DNA from: an uncultured Collinsella sp.
GTDB taxonomy: Bacteria > Actinomycetota > Coriobacteriia > Coriobacteriales > Coriobacteriaceae
Length of the DNA: 64,000 bases
Reading direction: 5' to 3'
Assembly: GCA_965149855.1 (NCBI GenBank)
Contig: CBCTTO010000005.1
Coordinates: forward strand, 1,634 to 65,633
Numbering within the stretch: the first letter of the stretch is position 1; each line of letters begins with the position of its first letter. Shown here piece by piece: positions 1 through 10,024 of this stretch. The position numbers and the translations under genes are program-made. A model generated the notes under the pieces. It was not told the origin of the DNA, searched no databases, and worked only from the letters and a program-made list of their open reading frames with translations.

Positions 1-30
1 GGAGCAACTCGTCCCAGAGAGAGGAATGCT

Positions 31-921
31 ATGGCAGAACAGCAGCTTATCGGAGCGCTCGAGGCCGGCGGCACCAAGATGGTCTGCGCCACGGGCTATG
101 CAGACGGTACGGTCCTGGAGCGTGAGCAGATCGCGACCACGACCCCGCAGGAGACCGTTGAGGCCGTCAACGCATGGTTTGCCGACAAGGGCATCGCCGC
201 GCTGGGCATTGGCGCCTTTGGCCCCACCGCAGTCAACCTTGCCTCGCCCCAATACGGCAAGATCCTGGAGACGCCCAAAACGGCATGGCGCTACTTTGAC
301 CTGCTGGGCACTATCCAAAACGAGCTCAATATCCCCTGCGGCTACGATACCGACGTCAACGTCGCCTGCCTGGGCGAGGTCACGTTTGGTTGCGCCAAGG
401 GCCTCACCGACGTGGTCTACCTGACCATCGGTACCGGCGTGGGCGCCGGCGTGCTCTCGGGCGGTAAGCTCGTGCACGGCATGATGCATCCCGAGGCTGG
501 CCACATCCTGGTCACGCGCGACCCGCGCGACACCATTGGCGAGCACAGCGCCTGCCCCTTCCACGACAACTGTCTCGAGGGCCTCATCGCCGGCCCCGGC
601 GTTAAAAAGCGCTGGGATGGCAAGAGCGCCGGAGACATGGCCGATGACCCAGAGGCCATGGACCTGCTCGCCGGCTATCTGGCACAGGCGCTCATGACCT
701 ACACGCTGTGCTACGCGCCGCAAAAGATCATCATCGGCGGCGGCGTGGCCGACCACACCCCCATCGTGCCGCTCGCGCGCAAGAAGTGCACCGAGATGCT
801 CAACGGCTATATCGTCACGCCCGAGGTCAACGACATCGATAACTACATCGTCAACAACAGCCTCGAGGGCAAGCAGGGCATCATGGGCTGCCTGGCCCTG
901 GGCGCACAGGCGCTTCAGTAA
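31..921 (+). CDS. scrK: ROK-family sugar kinase (fructokinase)
   Basis: N-terminal EAGGTK, YLTIGTGVG, HPEAGH and CPFHxxCLEG Zn motif; RBS GAGGA upstream. Confidence 0.9.
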   Translation: MAEQQLIGALEAGGTKMVCATGYADGTVLEREQIATTTPQETVEAVNAWFADKGIAALGIGAFGPTAVNLASPQYGKILETPKTAWRYFDLLGTIQNELNIPCGYDTDVNVACLGEVTFGCAKGLTDVVYLTIGTGVGAGVLSGGKLVHGMMHPEAGHILVTRDPRDTIGEHSACPFHDNCLEGLIAGPGVKKRWDGKSAGDMADDPEAMDLLAGYLAQALMTYTLCYAPQKIIIGGGVADHTPIVPLARKKCTEMLNGYIVTPEVNDIDNYIVNNSLEGKQGIMGCLALGAQALQ

Positions 922-1002
922 CAGACGCACCCACGGGGCGTGGCGCGCCCGGCAAATCCGACCTACGGAACGACGACACCACGCCTCATATAAGCCCTCA
1001 AA

Positions 1003-1050
1003 TAAAAAAGGCCGCCTAGGACCAAACAATACGTCCTAGGCGGCCTTTTT
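1003..1050. terminator. Bidirectional intrinsic terminator between convergent fructokinase and vanZ-like genes
   Basis: AAAAAGGCCGCCTAGG...CCTAGGCGGCCTTTTT inverted repeat, overlapping the stop of the minus-strand gene. Confidence 0.7.
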
Positions 1051-1485
1051 GGCGCACATCAGCGACCGTAAGAGATATCGGAGCACAACGCCCGTTGCCG
1101 CTCCACAGCAGTCGATCATCACATCGGTGATCATGCCAGCGCGTCCCGGCACAAAGAGCTGAATCGTCTCGTCGATCGAAGGAATCAGCAGCAGGAACAC
1201 CGCCGTGGGCAGCAGCACGTCAAAGGTGCGCCGGCCCTCAAAATCAAAGGCGTGCGTTGCCAGGATGCCGAGCACCATATACTCGGTAAAATGCGCGCAC
1301 TTGCGAACAACAAAGTTGGTCACCCATGCATATGGAAGTCCCACGCCGTGCAGGAAACCGCGGATAGCTTCCATGACCGTCAGGCTCAGCGAGCCCGACC
1401 CCGAGCCGGGAATCAGCGAATTGCCCCAGATCAAGAGCGCCATCAGGCAGGTTACAACCGCCCATTTTCGATTGATCTTAACCAT
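1036..1485 (-). CDS. VanZ-family membrane protein
   Basis: VRKCAHFTEY and DETIQLFVPGR...DVMID motifs; hydrophobic helices. Confidence 0.88.
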   Translation of the reverse strand: MVKINRKWAVVTCLMALLIWGNSLIPGSGSGSLSLTVMEAIRGFLHGVGLPYAWVTNFVVRKCAHFTEYMVLGILATHAFDFEGRRTFDVLLPTAVFLLLIPSIDETIQLFVPGRAGMITDVMIDCCGAATGVVLRYLLRSLMCAKKAA

Positions 1486-1492
1486 GCAGAAG

Positions 1493-2893
1493 TTATGCCT
1501 CCGCGCGGAGCGGCGCGAAGCTGGCGGTACCGCCCTCGATAACGCTCAGATAGGCACGGCCCGTACGCTTGGCGGTAGAGGACTGCAGGCGCTCGATCTC
1601 TTCCTCGAGGATCTGATTGACGCGCTCGTGACGACGATTTTCCATAATGCCGGCGGCAATAGCCTCGGCCCGCTCGATGCTCTCGCGCGAGATACGGGCA
1701 GTATCCTCGGGGAACACAGCGCTGTGACGGCCGACATAGGCGGGGGCAGCAGGCTGAGGGGCAGCGACGGGAGTGGGGGCTGCAACAGTAGCAGGCTCGT
1801 CAATCTCATCCAGGATCGCGGTGGCGGCGGCCCACATGTCCTCGTGGCCCGAGTAATCGGCCATGGGGACATCAACCTCGAGCGAGGCGTCCGGAAGGTC
1901 GCCGGTGTCGATGCGATCTTGGGCATCAATCGATGCGGTGATGGCTGCAGGCTCATCGAGGTCATCGAGATCGATGTCCGCGGCACCGGAGATGATAGGC
2001 ATGCTGGCGAGGTTTGCATTGTACGGCGCAGCCTCAGCCGCCTGCTGCTGAGCAGGAGCGCCCCACAGCGAGCTTTCGGCGGCACGGCGGGCGGCAACGG
2101 CCTCCTCGTCCGCGGCCATGGCTTCATCAACGTACGAATTGTCGGCAGAAGCGTTCGCGTCCGCCGAGGTAGCGCTGTAGGCGTTATTGGCTGCCGCGTT
2201 GGCGACGAGTGCCACGAAAGCCGCCGTGCTGCCCGCAGGGGCGGCCTGGGAGCCAGACACGGCGCGTGCCGCGGCGGCGATGTCGTCGCGATTGAAGGAG
2301 CCGGTCTGCCCGCCGTTGGTGAGCTCGTCAATGGCGACTTGATAGACGTCGCGCGAGTGTGCAGGGTCGCAGCTCACCGGCGAATCGTCGTCGAGCATAC
2401 TGTCGATCATGGACCAAGCCTCGGCCTCGTCCATGGCATCTGCGGCTCGAGCGATGGTAGGGACACCATCATCGGCATGACGGCGCTGGAACGCACCAGT
2501 CAGGCCGGAAAGGAATGTCGAGGTAGACTGCTCCGCCTGAGCCTGAGAAGCAGAAGCCGCAGCGTAAGGAGTCGCATCCTGCTGCTGAGCTGGAATCGAG
2601 GCGGTCTTGAACTCGCTTTGATGCTGATTGAGATTGGCGGCACCGCCCATGGCATCGGGCTGGAACAGACGCTCTTCACGCTGCGCACGGTACTCGGAGA
2701 TACCCAGCGAAGCGGCATAGATACCCACGCCCGCCACCGCGCCCACGGCGAAGGGAACCGCACCCGCCACGACCGTCTCATTCACCGACGAAAACGGCAG
2801 CGTCGCGGCATACATAACCACGGGAGCGGCAAGGCCGATCCCGCACGAAAGTCCGGCAAGGACTGCTCGTTGTGTTGCATCAGAAGAAGCCAT
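1493..2893 (-). CDS. Hypothetical membrane-anchored protein with acidic Ala-rich low-complexity region
   Basis: Long ORF with GC3 codon bias; two N-terminal hydrophobic segments; RBS GGGGAGAG before ATG at 2893. Confidence 0.75.
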   Translation of the reverse strand: MASSDATQRAVLAGLSCGIGLAAPVVMYAATLPFSSVNETVVAGAVPFAVGAVAGVGIYAASLGISEYRAQREERLFQPDAMGGAANLNQHQSEFKTASIPAQQQDATPYAAASASQAQAEQSTSTFLSGLTGAFQRRHADDGVPTIARAADAMDEAEAWSMIDSMLDDDSPVSCDPAHSRDVYQVAIDELTNGGQTGSFNRDDIAAAARAVSGSQAAPAGSTAAFVALVANAAANNAYSATSADANASADNSYVDEAMAADEEAVAARRAAESSLWGAPAQQQAAEAAPYNANLASMPIISGAADIDLDDLDEPAAITASIDAQDRIDTGDLPDASLEVDVPMADYSGHEDMWAAATAILDEIDEPATVAAPTPVAAPQPAAPAYVGRHSAVFPEDTARISRESIERAEAIAAGIMENRRHERVNQILEEEIERLQSSTAKRTGRAYLSVIEGGTASFAPLRAEA

Positions 2894-3132
2894 GAGCTCT
2901 CCCCATCTTCCAGCACCCAAATCGCATCATTCAGTTGGCTGCGCGAGAGAAGATGAAGCGGGGCTATGCCCCAAAGCAACGGTATATGGTTCGTTTCATC
3001 TGCGTTTTCCGTCGCGAAGCTTAAAAGCTATTATGCGAAACCGCCCAGTCTATTGCAAGCGACGATGTCGGATTGAAACGGGAAACCTGCTGCTTGCCAG
3101 TCTTATGGTCAAAAAAGCGCGGAGCGGCTATA

Positions 3133-3168
3133 TAGAAAAGGGCCGAGGCTCAAAGCCCCGACCCTTTA
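3133..3168 (-). terminator. Intrinsic terminator downstream of rho
   Basis: Minus strand AAAGGGTCGGGGCTTTGAGCCTCGGCCCTTTT hairpin with T tract. Confidence 0.65.
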
Positions 3169-3204
3169 TTGCATTGATGACTATCGCTGCGTGTGGATGA
3201 CAAC

Positions 3205-5778
3205 CTAGAACGTCTGCTCGTAGTCGCTGTGCTTTTTGGCCGAACGCACCAGGAACTCCTGGTTGGTGTTGGTGCCCTTAAGACCCTTGATAAACGACGC
3301 AGCTGCGCGCTCGGTGTTGTTCATGCCGGCAAGAATGCGACGCAGGCCAAAGACAAACGGACGCATCTGCTCGTCAACCAACAGGTCCTCGTTACGCGTA
3401 CCGGAGGCAACGGGGTCGATAGCCGGGAAGATGCGGCGGTCGGCCAGGTCGCGGTCGAGCTTGAGCTCCATGTTGCCGGTGCCCTTGAACTCCTCAAAGA
3501 TGACCTCGTCCATCTTGGAGCCGGTGTCGATGAGGGCAGAGGCCAGGATGGTGAGCGAGCCACCGTTCTCGATATTGCGGGCTGCGCCCAGGAAGCGCTT
3601 GGGCGGATACAGTGCCGCCGAATCGACGCCGCCTGAAAGGATGCGGCCCGAGGCGGGCGCCGCCAAGTTGTAGGCGCGGGCAAGACGCGTGATGGAGTCG
3701 AGCACCACCACGACATCGCCGCCCAGCTCCACGATGCGCTTGGCGCGCTCGATGACGAGCTCTGCCACACGAGTGTGGTTGTCGGCGGGCATATCGAAGG
3801 TCGACGCCACAACCTCGCCCTTGATGGAACGCTGCATATCGGTAACCTCTTCGGGGCGCTCGTCGACGAGCAGGCAGATGAGGTGCACCTCGGGGTTGTT
3901 AATCGAGATAGACTGGCAGATCTTCTTGAGGATCGTGGTCTTGCCGGCCTTGGGCGGGGACACGATCAAGCCACGCTGACCCTTGCCGATCGGCGACACG
4001 ATGTCGATGGCGCGACCGGTAATGGAGTCCTTGCCATGCTCCATGCGCAGCGGCTCGTTGGGATAGACCGGGGTGAGGTCACCGAACTTGGGGCGGTTGC
4101 GAATCTGCTCGGGGTCTAGACCGTTGACGGTCGTGATTTTGGCGAGGCCGGCGCGCTTGTCGCCGCCGCGCGAAGGACGAAGCGAGCCCTCGATGACGTC
4201 GCCCGTGCGCAGACGCGCGGAGCGGATGAGGTAGGCGGGCACGAAGGCGTCGTCGTTGGACTTCATGTAGCCATGGGCATGGATGATACCGGAGCTGTCC
4301 GGACGAATCTGCAGGATGCCCTTGATGTCGCGGAAGCCCTCGGCCTTCGCGGCGGTGACGTAGATCTCCTCGACGAGCTCGGCTTTCTTCTTGCCGGTCG
4401 TCTCAATCTCGAACTCCTTGGCCTTCTCGCGCAGCTCGGCGACCTTCATGGCCGCGAGCTCCTCGCGCGAAAGCGTGGGCTCGGTGGGAGCGGCATTACG
4501 CTCCTTGTTGCGCTGCTTGCGATCGCGCTGGCGGTTGCGGCGGTCGTTGTTGCGCTCGTCCTTGCGCTCGTTGCGCTCGTCGTTACGCTTGTGCTGGCGA
4601 CGGTTGGGGCGAGCGTTGTCTTCGGCCTCGGCGGGCGCGGCGCCATCGGTTGCGGCGGCGTCGGCGTTAGCCACAGTATCATCGCTGGCCTCGGCCTTGG
4701 AATCGCCCTGCAGCTCGGCCTCGGCCTGCTGCTCGGACGCCTTGGCCTTAGCGGACTTCTTACGACCGCGCTTGGGCTTCTCAGACGCAGGCTGTTCGAC
4801 GTCCTGGGGCTCGGCGGCGTCAGTCGATGCATCGGCGGTCGTCTCGGCGGAATCCTCGGACGCAACCTTCTTGGCAGCCTTAGCCTTGGACGTGCGCTTA
4901 GCAGCAGTGCGACGGCTGCGACCGGGACGGAGGTCGGCGGGCTCGACATCGGCGGGAGCGGCCTCGGAAGTCGTAGCATCCTGGACGGGCGCGTCGGCGG
5001 CGGTTGCAGACTCGGCGGTCGCCGCAGCATCCCGAGCGGCGGCGGCTGCGGCTGCGGCCTTCTCGGCCTCGACGAAGGCCTTGGGCTTGCGACCGCGACG
5101 GTGCGGGCGCAAAGCCGGATCGACAACGGGAACTTCGCTGGCCTCGACAGGCGCAGCGGGCTCAACAGGCGATGTGCCCTCCCCTGCCGCGGAACGGACC
5201 GAAGCCTCAGTGAGCTCGGGGGTTACCTGATCGGCAACCTGCTCGGCCTTAGCAGCCGTGCGACGGCGTGTGCGCGGTACCGACTTCTCGGTCGGCTGGT
5301 CGGCGACAGGGGTCTCGGTGGCGGCAGGCGTCTCGGGCACAGACGGAGCTGCAAGCTCGGTCAGAGCCGCGGCCTCGCGCTCGGCAGCACGACGGCGGGC
5401 GCGCACCACCTGAGCCTCGCTAATCTGCGCCAACGCACGTGCCTGCGCGACCTCATCGGAAATCGGCGCCGAGGAGTCAGCTGCAACGGTGCGCTTGACG
5501 CGCGTCATGCGCGTGGTACGGCGCTTGGGCTTGGTGACCTCCTCGCCGTCAGCAGCAGGCTTGGCCGTGCGGCGCGTACGCTTGGGCTTTGCCGGAGCAG
5601 CCTCCTCACCAGTTGCAGGCACGGCCTTCTCAGCCGTTGCAGGCGTAGGCGTCGAAGCAGCCTTAGGCGTCTCAGGAGCCGAGGCATGCGCGGGCGCCGC
5701 GACCTGGTCCGACGCAACCGGTGCAGCGGGAGCGGCTTGCGTCGTCGTTATTTCGTTTTCTTGCTGTTGATCAGACAC
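3205..5778 (-). CDS. rho: Transcription termination factor Rho with ~430-aa N-terminal low-complexity extension
   Basis: PIGKGQRGLIVSPPKAGKT, DERPEEVTD, LDSITRL and FEEFKGTGNMEL motifs. Confidence 0.97.
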   Translation of the reverse strand: MSDQQQENEITTTQAAPAAPVASDQVAAPAHASAPETPKAASTPTPATAEKAVPATGEEAAPAKPKRTRRTAKPAADGEEVTKPKRRTTRMTRVKRTVAADSSAPISDEVAQARALAQISEAQVVRARRRAAEREAAALTELAAPSVPETPAATETPVADQPTEKSVPRTRRRTAAKAEQVADQVTPELTEASVRSAAGEGTSPVEPAAPVEASEVPVVDPALRPHRRGRKPKAFVEAEKAAAAAAAARDAAATAESATAADAPVQDATTSEAAPADVEPADLRPGRSRRTAAKRTSKAKAAKKVASEDSAETTADASTDAAEPQDVEQPASEKPKRGRKKSAKAKASEQQAEAELQGDSKAEASDDTVANADAAATDGAAPAEAEDNARPNRRQHKRNDERNERKDERNNDRRNRQRDRKQRNKERNAAPTEPTLSREELAAMKVAELREKAKEFEIETTGKKKAELVEEIYVTAAKAEGFRDIKGILQIRPDSSGIIHAHGYMKSNDDAFVPAYLIRSARLRTGDVIEGSLRPSRGGDKRAGLAKITTVNGLDPEQIRNRPKFGDLTPVYPNEPLRMEHGKDSITGRAIDIVSPIGKGQRGLIVSPPKAGKTTILKKICQSISINNPEVHLICLLVDERPEEVTDMQRSIKGEVVASTFDMPADNHTRVAELVIERAKRIVELGGDVVVVLDSITRLARAYNLAAPASGRILSGGVDSAALYPPKRFLGAARNIENGGSLTILASALIDTGSKMDEVIFEEFKGTGNMELKLDRDLADRRIFPAIDPVASGTRNEDLLVDEQMRPFVFGLRRILAGMNNTERAAASFIKGLKGTNTNQEFLVRSAKKHSDYEQTF

Positions 5779-6062
5779 AGTGTTTGCTCAACTTTCTTTT
5801 CAAGCCCTGTGATCACATGCTCCCTGCATAAACCTTCAGGGCGGCTAAACAGTCTAGTTCCGTTCAAAACGACGGACATCATTGATCTGTATCGAGATGA
5901 TTGCGTCATATACGCAGCGTTAGTGTAACACAACCGCCGCCACCTGCAACTTAGTCATTGGGGACGTTCTTAAACGCCCAGTCATCAGGGACACTCCTCC
6001 TCAAAAGCGCCTTGAAATGTCGCGCCAGAGGAGTGAAGCCGTGGCACCTGGAATAGCCGCGC

Positions 6063-6217
6063 CACGAATCGCGCCCATCTGCTACGTTTGCCCCGAGCCC
6101 CTGACCATACCCTTGTTTTTTCAAAAACAACGAGTCTGCTACCTGCGGTTTTAATATCGTACTTTTCGGCATGGTTCGGGATATGCGTCCAAACGTAGGA
6201 GATGAGCCCAATTCGTG
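6063..6217. repeat. Long imperfect inverted repeat with central ACCTGCGGTTTTA motif (family C, copy 1)
   Basis: Arms 6063-6090 and 6190-6217; motif at 6141-6153. Confidence 0.75.
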
Positions 6218-6300
6218 ACGGACGGTATCCCGCCACCCCTCTTCGAGACAAAAATGATCCGTTTTCCTCCGTCCCCAAGGGACAATTTTCAAAACTACGC

Positions 6301-6432
6301 CGGATTACGGGGCCAGGATGCTGCAAGCCAACCATACCCTGCATTATCAAGAAACAATAAGCCATCTACCTGCGGGTTTAATTTCACTATTGGCACCATG
6401 GTCGCCAGTTGGCGATTCAGCCCCGTAAACCG
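6301..6432. repeat. Inverted repeat with central ACCTGCGGGTTTA motif (family C, copy 2)
   Basis: CGGATTACGGGGC / GCCCCGTAAACCG arms; motif at 6368-6380. Confidence 0.65.
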
Positions 6433-6487
6433 GTATAGTTGCGATTTGGTAGCATTTCCCAGCAAACCAAATAGTCTCACCAAACGC

Positions 6488-6521
6488 AAAAAGCCCGACC
6501 TCCGCATGGAGATCGGGCTTA
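6488..6521 (-). terminator. Intrinsic terminator of argS
   Basis: Minus strand AAGCCCGATCTCC-ATGC-GGAGGTCGGGC-TTTTT, ~45 nt after the stop. Confidence 0.8.
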
Positions 6522-6566
6522 TAGGGCTCAGCAAAGCCGAACCTACACGGTCAAATGATCCGTAGC

Positions 6567-8420
6567 TTACATCTGCTCGGGAGCGGAAACGCCAACGAGG
6601 GTGAGCACCAGGGCGAGCGTCACGCGGACGGCATCGCAAGCGGCCAGACGGGCGCGCGAAAGCTCGGGGTCGACGGGACGGCCCTCGCTCGGCAGCACCT
6701 GACAGGCAGCGTAGAAGCTGTGGAAGTCGCCGGCGAGTTCCTCGGCAAAGTGCGTCAGACGGAACGGGGCGCGGTCGCGAGCGCAGCTGGCGATGAGGTC
6801 GGTGAGCTCGTTGAGCTTACGCGAAAGGGCGAGCTCGGTCGGGTCGGTCAGCAGCGAGTAATCGACGTTCTCACCGATGGCCTTGGCGGCAACGGCCTTC
6901 ATGCCCATCTCGTCAGCCTGCTCGGGCGTAACGTCAGCGGCACGGCGCAGGATGGAGCATACGCGGGCGTGAGCATACTGCACGTAATAGACCGGGTTGG
7001 AGTTGTCGCGCTTCTTAACGGCCTCAATATCGAAGTCGACCATCTGGTTGGAGCTCTTGGAGATGAGCGTGTAGCGAGCGGCATCGGAGCCGACCTCGTC
7101 GACGAGCTCCTGAAGGGTCACCATGGTGCCCTTACGCTTGGACATACGGACGGGCTTGCCGTTGCGCAGCAGGTTGACGAGCTGGCCCAGCAGAACCTCA
7201 AACTTGCCGGGGTAACCCAGAGCGTCGCAGACGCAGCGGACGCGCTCGATGTAGCCGTGGTGGTCGGCGCCCCAGATGTCGATGACGTGGTCGACGCGCT
7301 GGAACTTATCCCAGTGATAGGCAACGTCGGAGGCGAAGTAGGTGTACTCGCCGTCGGACTTGATCAGGACGCGGTCCTTGTCATCGCCCAGGTCGGTGGA
7401 GCGGAACCACAGGGCGCCGTCCTTGGTATAGAGGTAGCCCATCTTGTCGAGCTTCTCAAAAGCGCGGTCGACGGCAGAGGTGCCGGCGGTCTCGCCCTCG
7501 GTGTCCTTCACGTACAGCGAACGCTCGGAGTACCAACGATCGAAGTCGCAGTTGACGGCATGGCAGAGGTCGCGCATGTTGTCGACCATCTTCACGTAGC
7601 CGCGCTCACGGAAGCTCTCCATGCGCTCCTGCGGATCGGCCTCGACCCACTTGTCGCCGTCGGTGCGCCAGAACTCGGCGGCCTCATCGATGATGTAGTC
7701 GCCGCCGTAGGAGTCCTTGCCCAGGGTCTCAGCAAAGTTGTCCTGGTACGGATGGGTCTCGGGATGCTCGTCGTTCTCATCGGCAACGAAGGCGTCGCGG
7801 TCAGCGATCAGCAGCTTGTGAGCCTCGTCGATATCCACGCCCTGCTTGGCGATGATGTCGGCAAGCTGCATATAGCGCGTGCTGATGGAGTTGCCGAAGG
7901 TGTTCATCTGAGAGCCGTGGTCATTGATGTAGAACTCACGCTGGATGTCGTAACCGGCGTGATCCATAACGCGGCAGAGGGAGTCACCCAGAGCGGCCCA
8001 GCGGCCATGGCCGATGTGCATGGGGCCGACGGGGTTGGCGGAGACGAACTCGACCTGGGTCTTCAAGCCGCCACCGACGTTGGACTTAGCGAAGTCCATG
8101 CCCTTCTCGCGGGCCTCGCCAAAGATGGCATTCTTGACAGCGACGGAAAGGTAGAAGTTGATGAAGCCAGGGCCGGCGATCTCGACCTTCTCGATCGCGG
8201 GGTCCTCGGGCATATGGGCAACGACGGCCTCGGCGATCTTGCGCGGGGCACAGTGAGCCAGCTTGGCGGACTTCAGGGCCATGGTGGAGGTCCACTCGCC
8301 ATGAGAAGTGTCAGCCGGTCGCTCGATGGCGCAATCGTCAAGTTCAAATGCGGAAAGGTCGCCGGCCTCCTGGGCCGCAGCAAGCGCAGCGCGTACCAGC
8401 TCTTCAATCTTCTCGGGCAT
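6567..8420 (-). CDS. argS: Arginine--tRNA ligase
   Basis: VEFVSANPVGPMHIGHGR (HIGH), GADHHGY, MSKRKG and YVQYAHAR; RBS GGAGG before ATG 8420. Confidence 0.97.
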   Translation of the reverse strand: MPEKIEELVRAALAAAQEAGDLSAFELDDCAIERPADTSHGEWTSTMALKSAKLAHCAPRKIAEAVVAHMPEDPAIEKVEIAGPGFINFYLSVAVKNAIFGEAREKGMDFAKSNVGGGLKTQVEFVSANPVGPMHIGHGRWAALGDSLCRVMDHAGYDIQREFYINDHGSQMNTFGNSISTRYMQLADIIAKQGVDIDEAHKLLIADRDAFVADENDEHPETHPYQDNFAETLGKDSYGGDYIIDEAAEFWRTDGDKWVEADPQERMESFRERGYVKMVDNMRDLCHAVNCDFDRWYSERSLYVKDTEGETAGTSAVDRAFEKLDKMGYLYTKDGALWFRSTDLGDDKDRVLIKSDGEYTYFASDVAYHWDKFQRVDHVIDIWGADHHGYIERVRCVCDALGYPGKFEVLLGQLVNLLRNGKPVRMSKRKGTMVTLQELVDEVGSDAARYTLISKSSNQMVDFDIEAVKKRDNSNPVYYVQYAHARVCSILRRAADVTPEQADEMGMKAVAAKAIGENVDYSLLTDPTELALSRKLNELTDLIASCARDRAPFRLTHFAEELAGDFHSFYAACQVLPSEGRPVDPELSRARLAACDAVRVTLALVLTLVGVSAPEQM

Positions 8421-8762
8421 AGGTCCTCCTTGTGTTAAAGCCCCCGAGCTCTTGGTCACTCGTAGGGCAAAAGCCAGAGTTTGTAGCACTCTATCACAAG
8501 CGGTAGCTACTGTCGCAGGGTAAAGCTAATAGATATTGCATATGCACAAAATTGACTACAGCTTGTATGGAGTCACTCAAAGATGCCAGTCTGCCTGCAA
8601 ATTATGCACGCGTTGAAAATGCATAAAGGTGTGAATGGGCTGCGTCTTTTATCGAATACTCTTACCTATCGGAGTTGTGTGCTTTTCCTGCATAAAGTGA
8701 TGGTTTGCGCACGTCAGCGTGGTATTCTAGACATACGTAAATTCGTATAAGTTGGAGGTAGC

Positions 8763-9248
8763 ATGTTCTCAATCGGTCAACACGTCATTCATCCGGGCCA
8801 GGGAGTCTGCACCGTCGTCGGTTTTAGGGACGATACGCCGCAGCCCATGCTGCTGCTCGAGACCAAGCAGGGACATGCGCAGACGATCCTCATGTACCCC
8901 GTGGCGCAGGCCGACCGTTTGCACGCCGCCATCTCGCAGCAAGATGCCGAGCACCTGCTGAGCCACTATGACGAGCTGGAGTGCGACACCTTTACCGAGC
9001 GCAACAGCTCGCTTGAGGAGACGCACTTTAAGCAGCAGCTCAAGCTGGGCGCGCCCGAGACGGTCCGCGTGGCAAAGACCATGATGTACCGCATTCGCCA
9101 GGCCGAGGAAGCTGATAAAAAGCCCAGCTCCTACTACATGCGCGTACTCAAGGAAGCCAAGCGCCGCTCCATCGAGGAGTTCGCTGTGGCCTTGGGCGTC
9201 ACCGAGGAGGCCGCCGAAGCCCGCCTAGCCCAAGCCGCCCTCAACTAA
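8763..9248 (+). CDS. CarD-like/TRCF-domain protein
   Basis: MFSIGQHVIHPGQGVCTV N-terminus and EEFAVALG C-terminal helix; RBS GGAGG. Confidence 0.8.
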   Translation: MFSIGQHVIHPGQGVCTVVGFRDDTPQPMLLLETKQGHAQTILMYPVAQADRLHAAISQQDAEHLLSHYDELECDTFTERNSSLEETHFKQQLKLGAPETVRVAKTMMYRIRQAEEADKKPSSYYMRVLKEAKRRSIEEFAVALGVTEEAAEARLAQAALN

Positions 9249-9260
9249 CCCAACCGCGCC

Positions 9261-9301
9261 AAAACCACCACAAAGGGGACAGGCACCTTTGTGGTGGTTT
9301 T
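9261..9301. repeat. REP-like hairpin family A (ACCACCACAAAG-GGGACAGGCAC-CTTTGTGGTGGT); other copies at 9972-10010, 20845-20876, 22937-22977, 23895-23936, 41436-41470, 52516-52550
   Basis: Seven near-identical intergenic palindromes in both orientations. Confidence 0.9.
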
Positions 9302-9355
9302 CTTGTTCTAGTAGTATTCATTCTTATCGATACCCACGAGCACAAGGAGTCTCCT

Positions 9356-9955
9356 ATGGCAGAGCCGCTTACCGCCGGAATCACCCGCGACCGCGCGTTC
9401 GAACTGCTCAACGAGCACAACAAGGACCCGTTCCATATCACCCATGGCGAGACGGTCGAGGGCACTATGCGCTACTTTGCGCGCGAGTTCGACCCCGAGA
9501 ACGAGGAGTTTTGGGGCATCGTCGGTCTGCTGCACGACCTGGATTGGGAGGAGCATGAGGACGACCCCATGAACCACACCATCTATGCTGCCGAGATTCT
9601 TAAGGGCGAAGGTGCGTCTCCAGAGCTCATTCGCGCCATCCAGACGCACACGTCCGACTTCAACACCTCGCTGCCCAAGCCCGAGCTGCAGATGGAAAAG
9701 ATCCTGTTTGCCTGCGATGAGCTCACCGGCCTGATCGGCGCTGCAGTCATCATGCGCCCGAGCAAGAGCGTTATGGACTTTACGACCAAGTCGCTCAAGA
9801 AGAAGTTCAAGGACAAGCGCTTTGCCGCCGGCTGCTCGCGCGACGTGATTTCGCAGGGCGCCGAGATGTTGGGCTGGGAGCTCCCCGAGCTCTTTGACCG
9901 CACCATCGCGGCCATGCAGTCCTTCGCCCCCGACCGCGATACCTTCCAGGCCTAA
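9356..9955 (+). CDS. HD-domain (HDIG-type) metal-dependent hydrolase
   Basis: GLLHDLDWE, ACDELTGLI and KKKFKDKRFAAG motifs. Confidence 0.88.
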   Translation: MAEPLTAGITRDRAFELLNEHNKDPFHITHGETVEGTMRYFAREFDPENEEFWGIVGLLHDLDWEEHEDDPMNHTIYAAEILKGEGASPELIRAIQTHTSDFNTSLPKPELQMEKILFACDELTGLIGAAVIMRPSKSVMDFTTKSLKKKFKDKRFAAGCSRDVISQGAEMLGWELPELFDRTIAAMQSFAPDRDTFQA

Positions 9956-10024
9956 CCGCCCACGCCACCTTAAACCGCCACAAAGGGGACAGGCACCTTT
10001 GTGGCGGTTTTTCTTGCGCGGTCG

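Noticed and set aside
9261..10010. Two family-A repeats flanking the HD-domain gene as a possible CRISPR or composite element
   Set aside because: The copies are dispersed with no regular spacers, no cas genes and no transposase; they are treated as REP-like.
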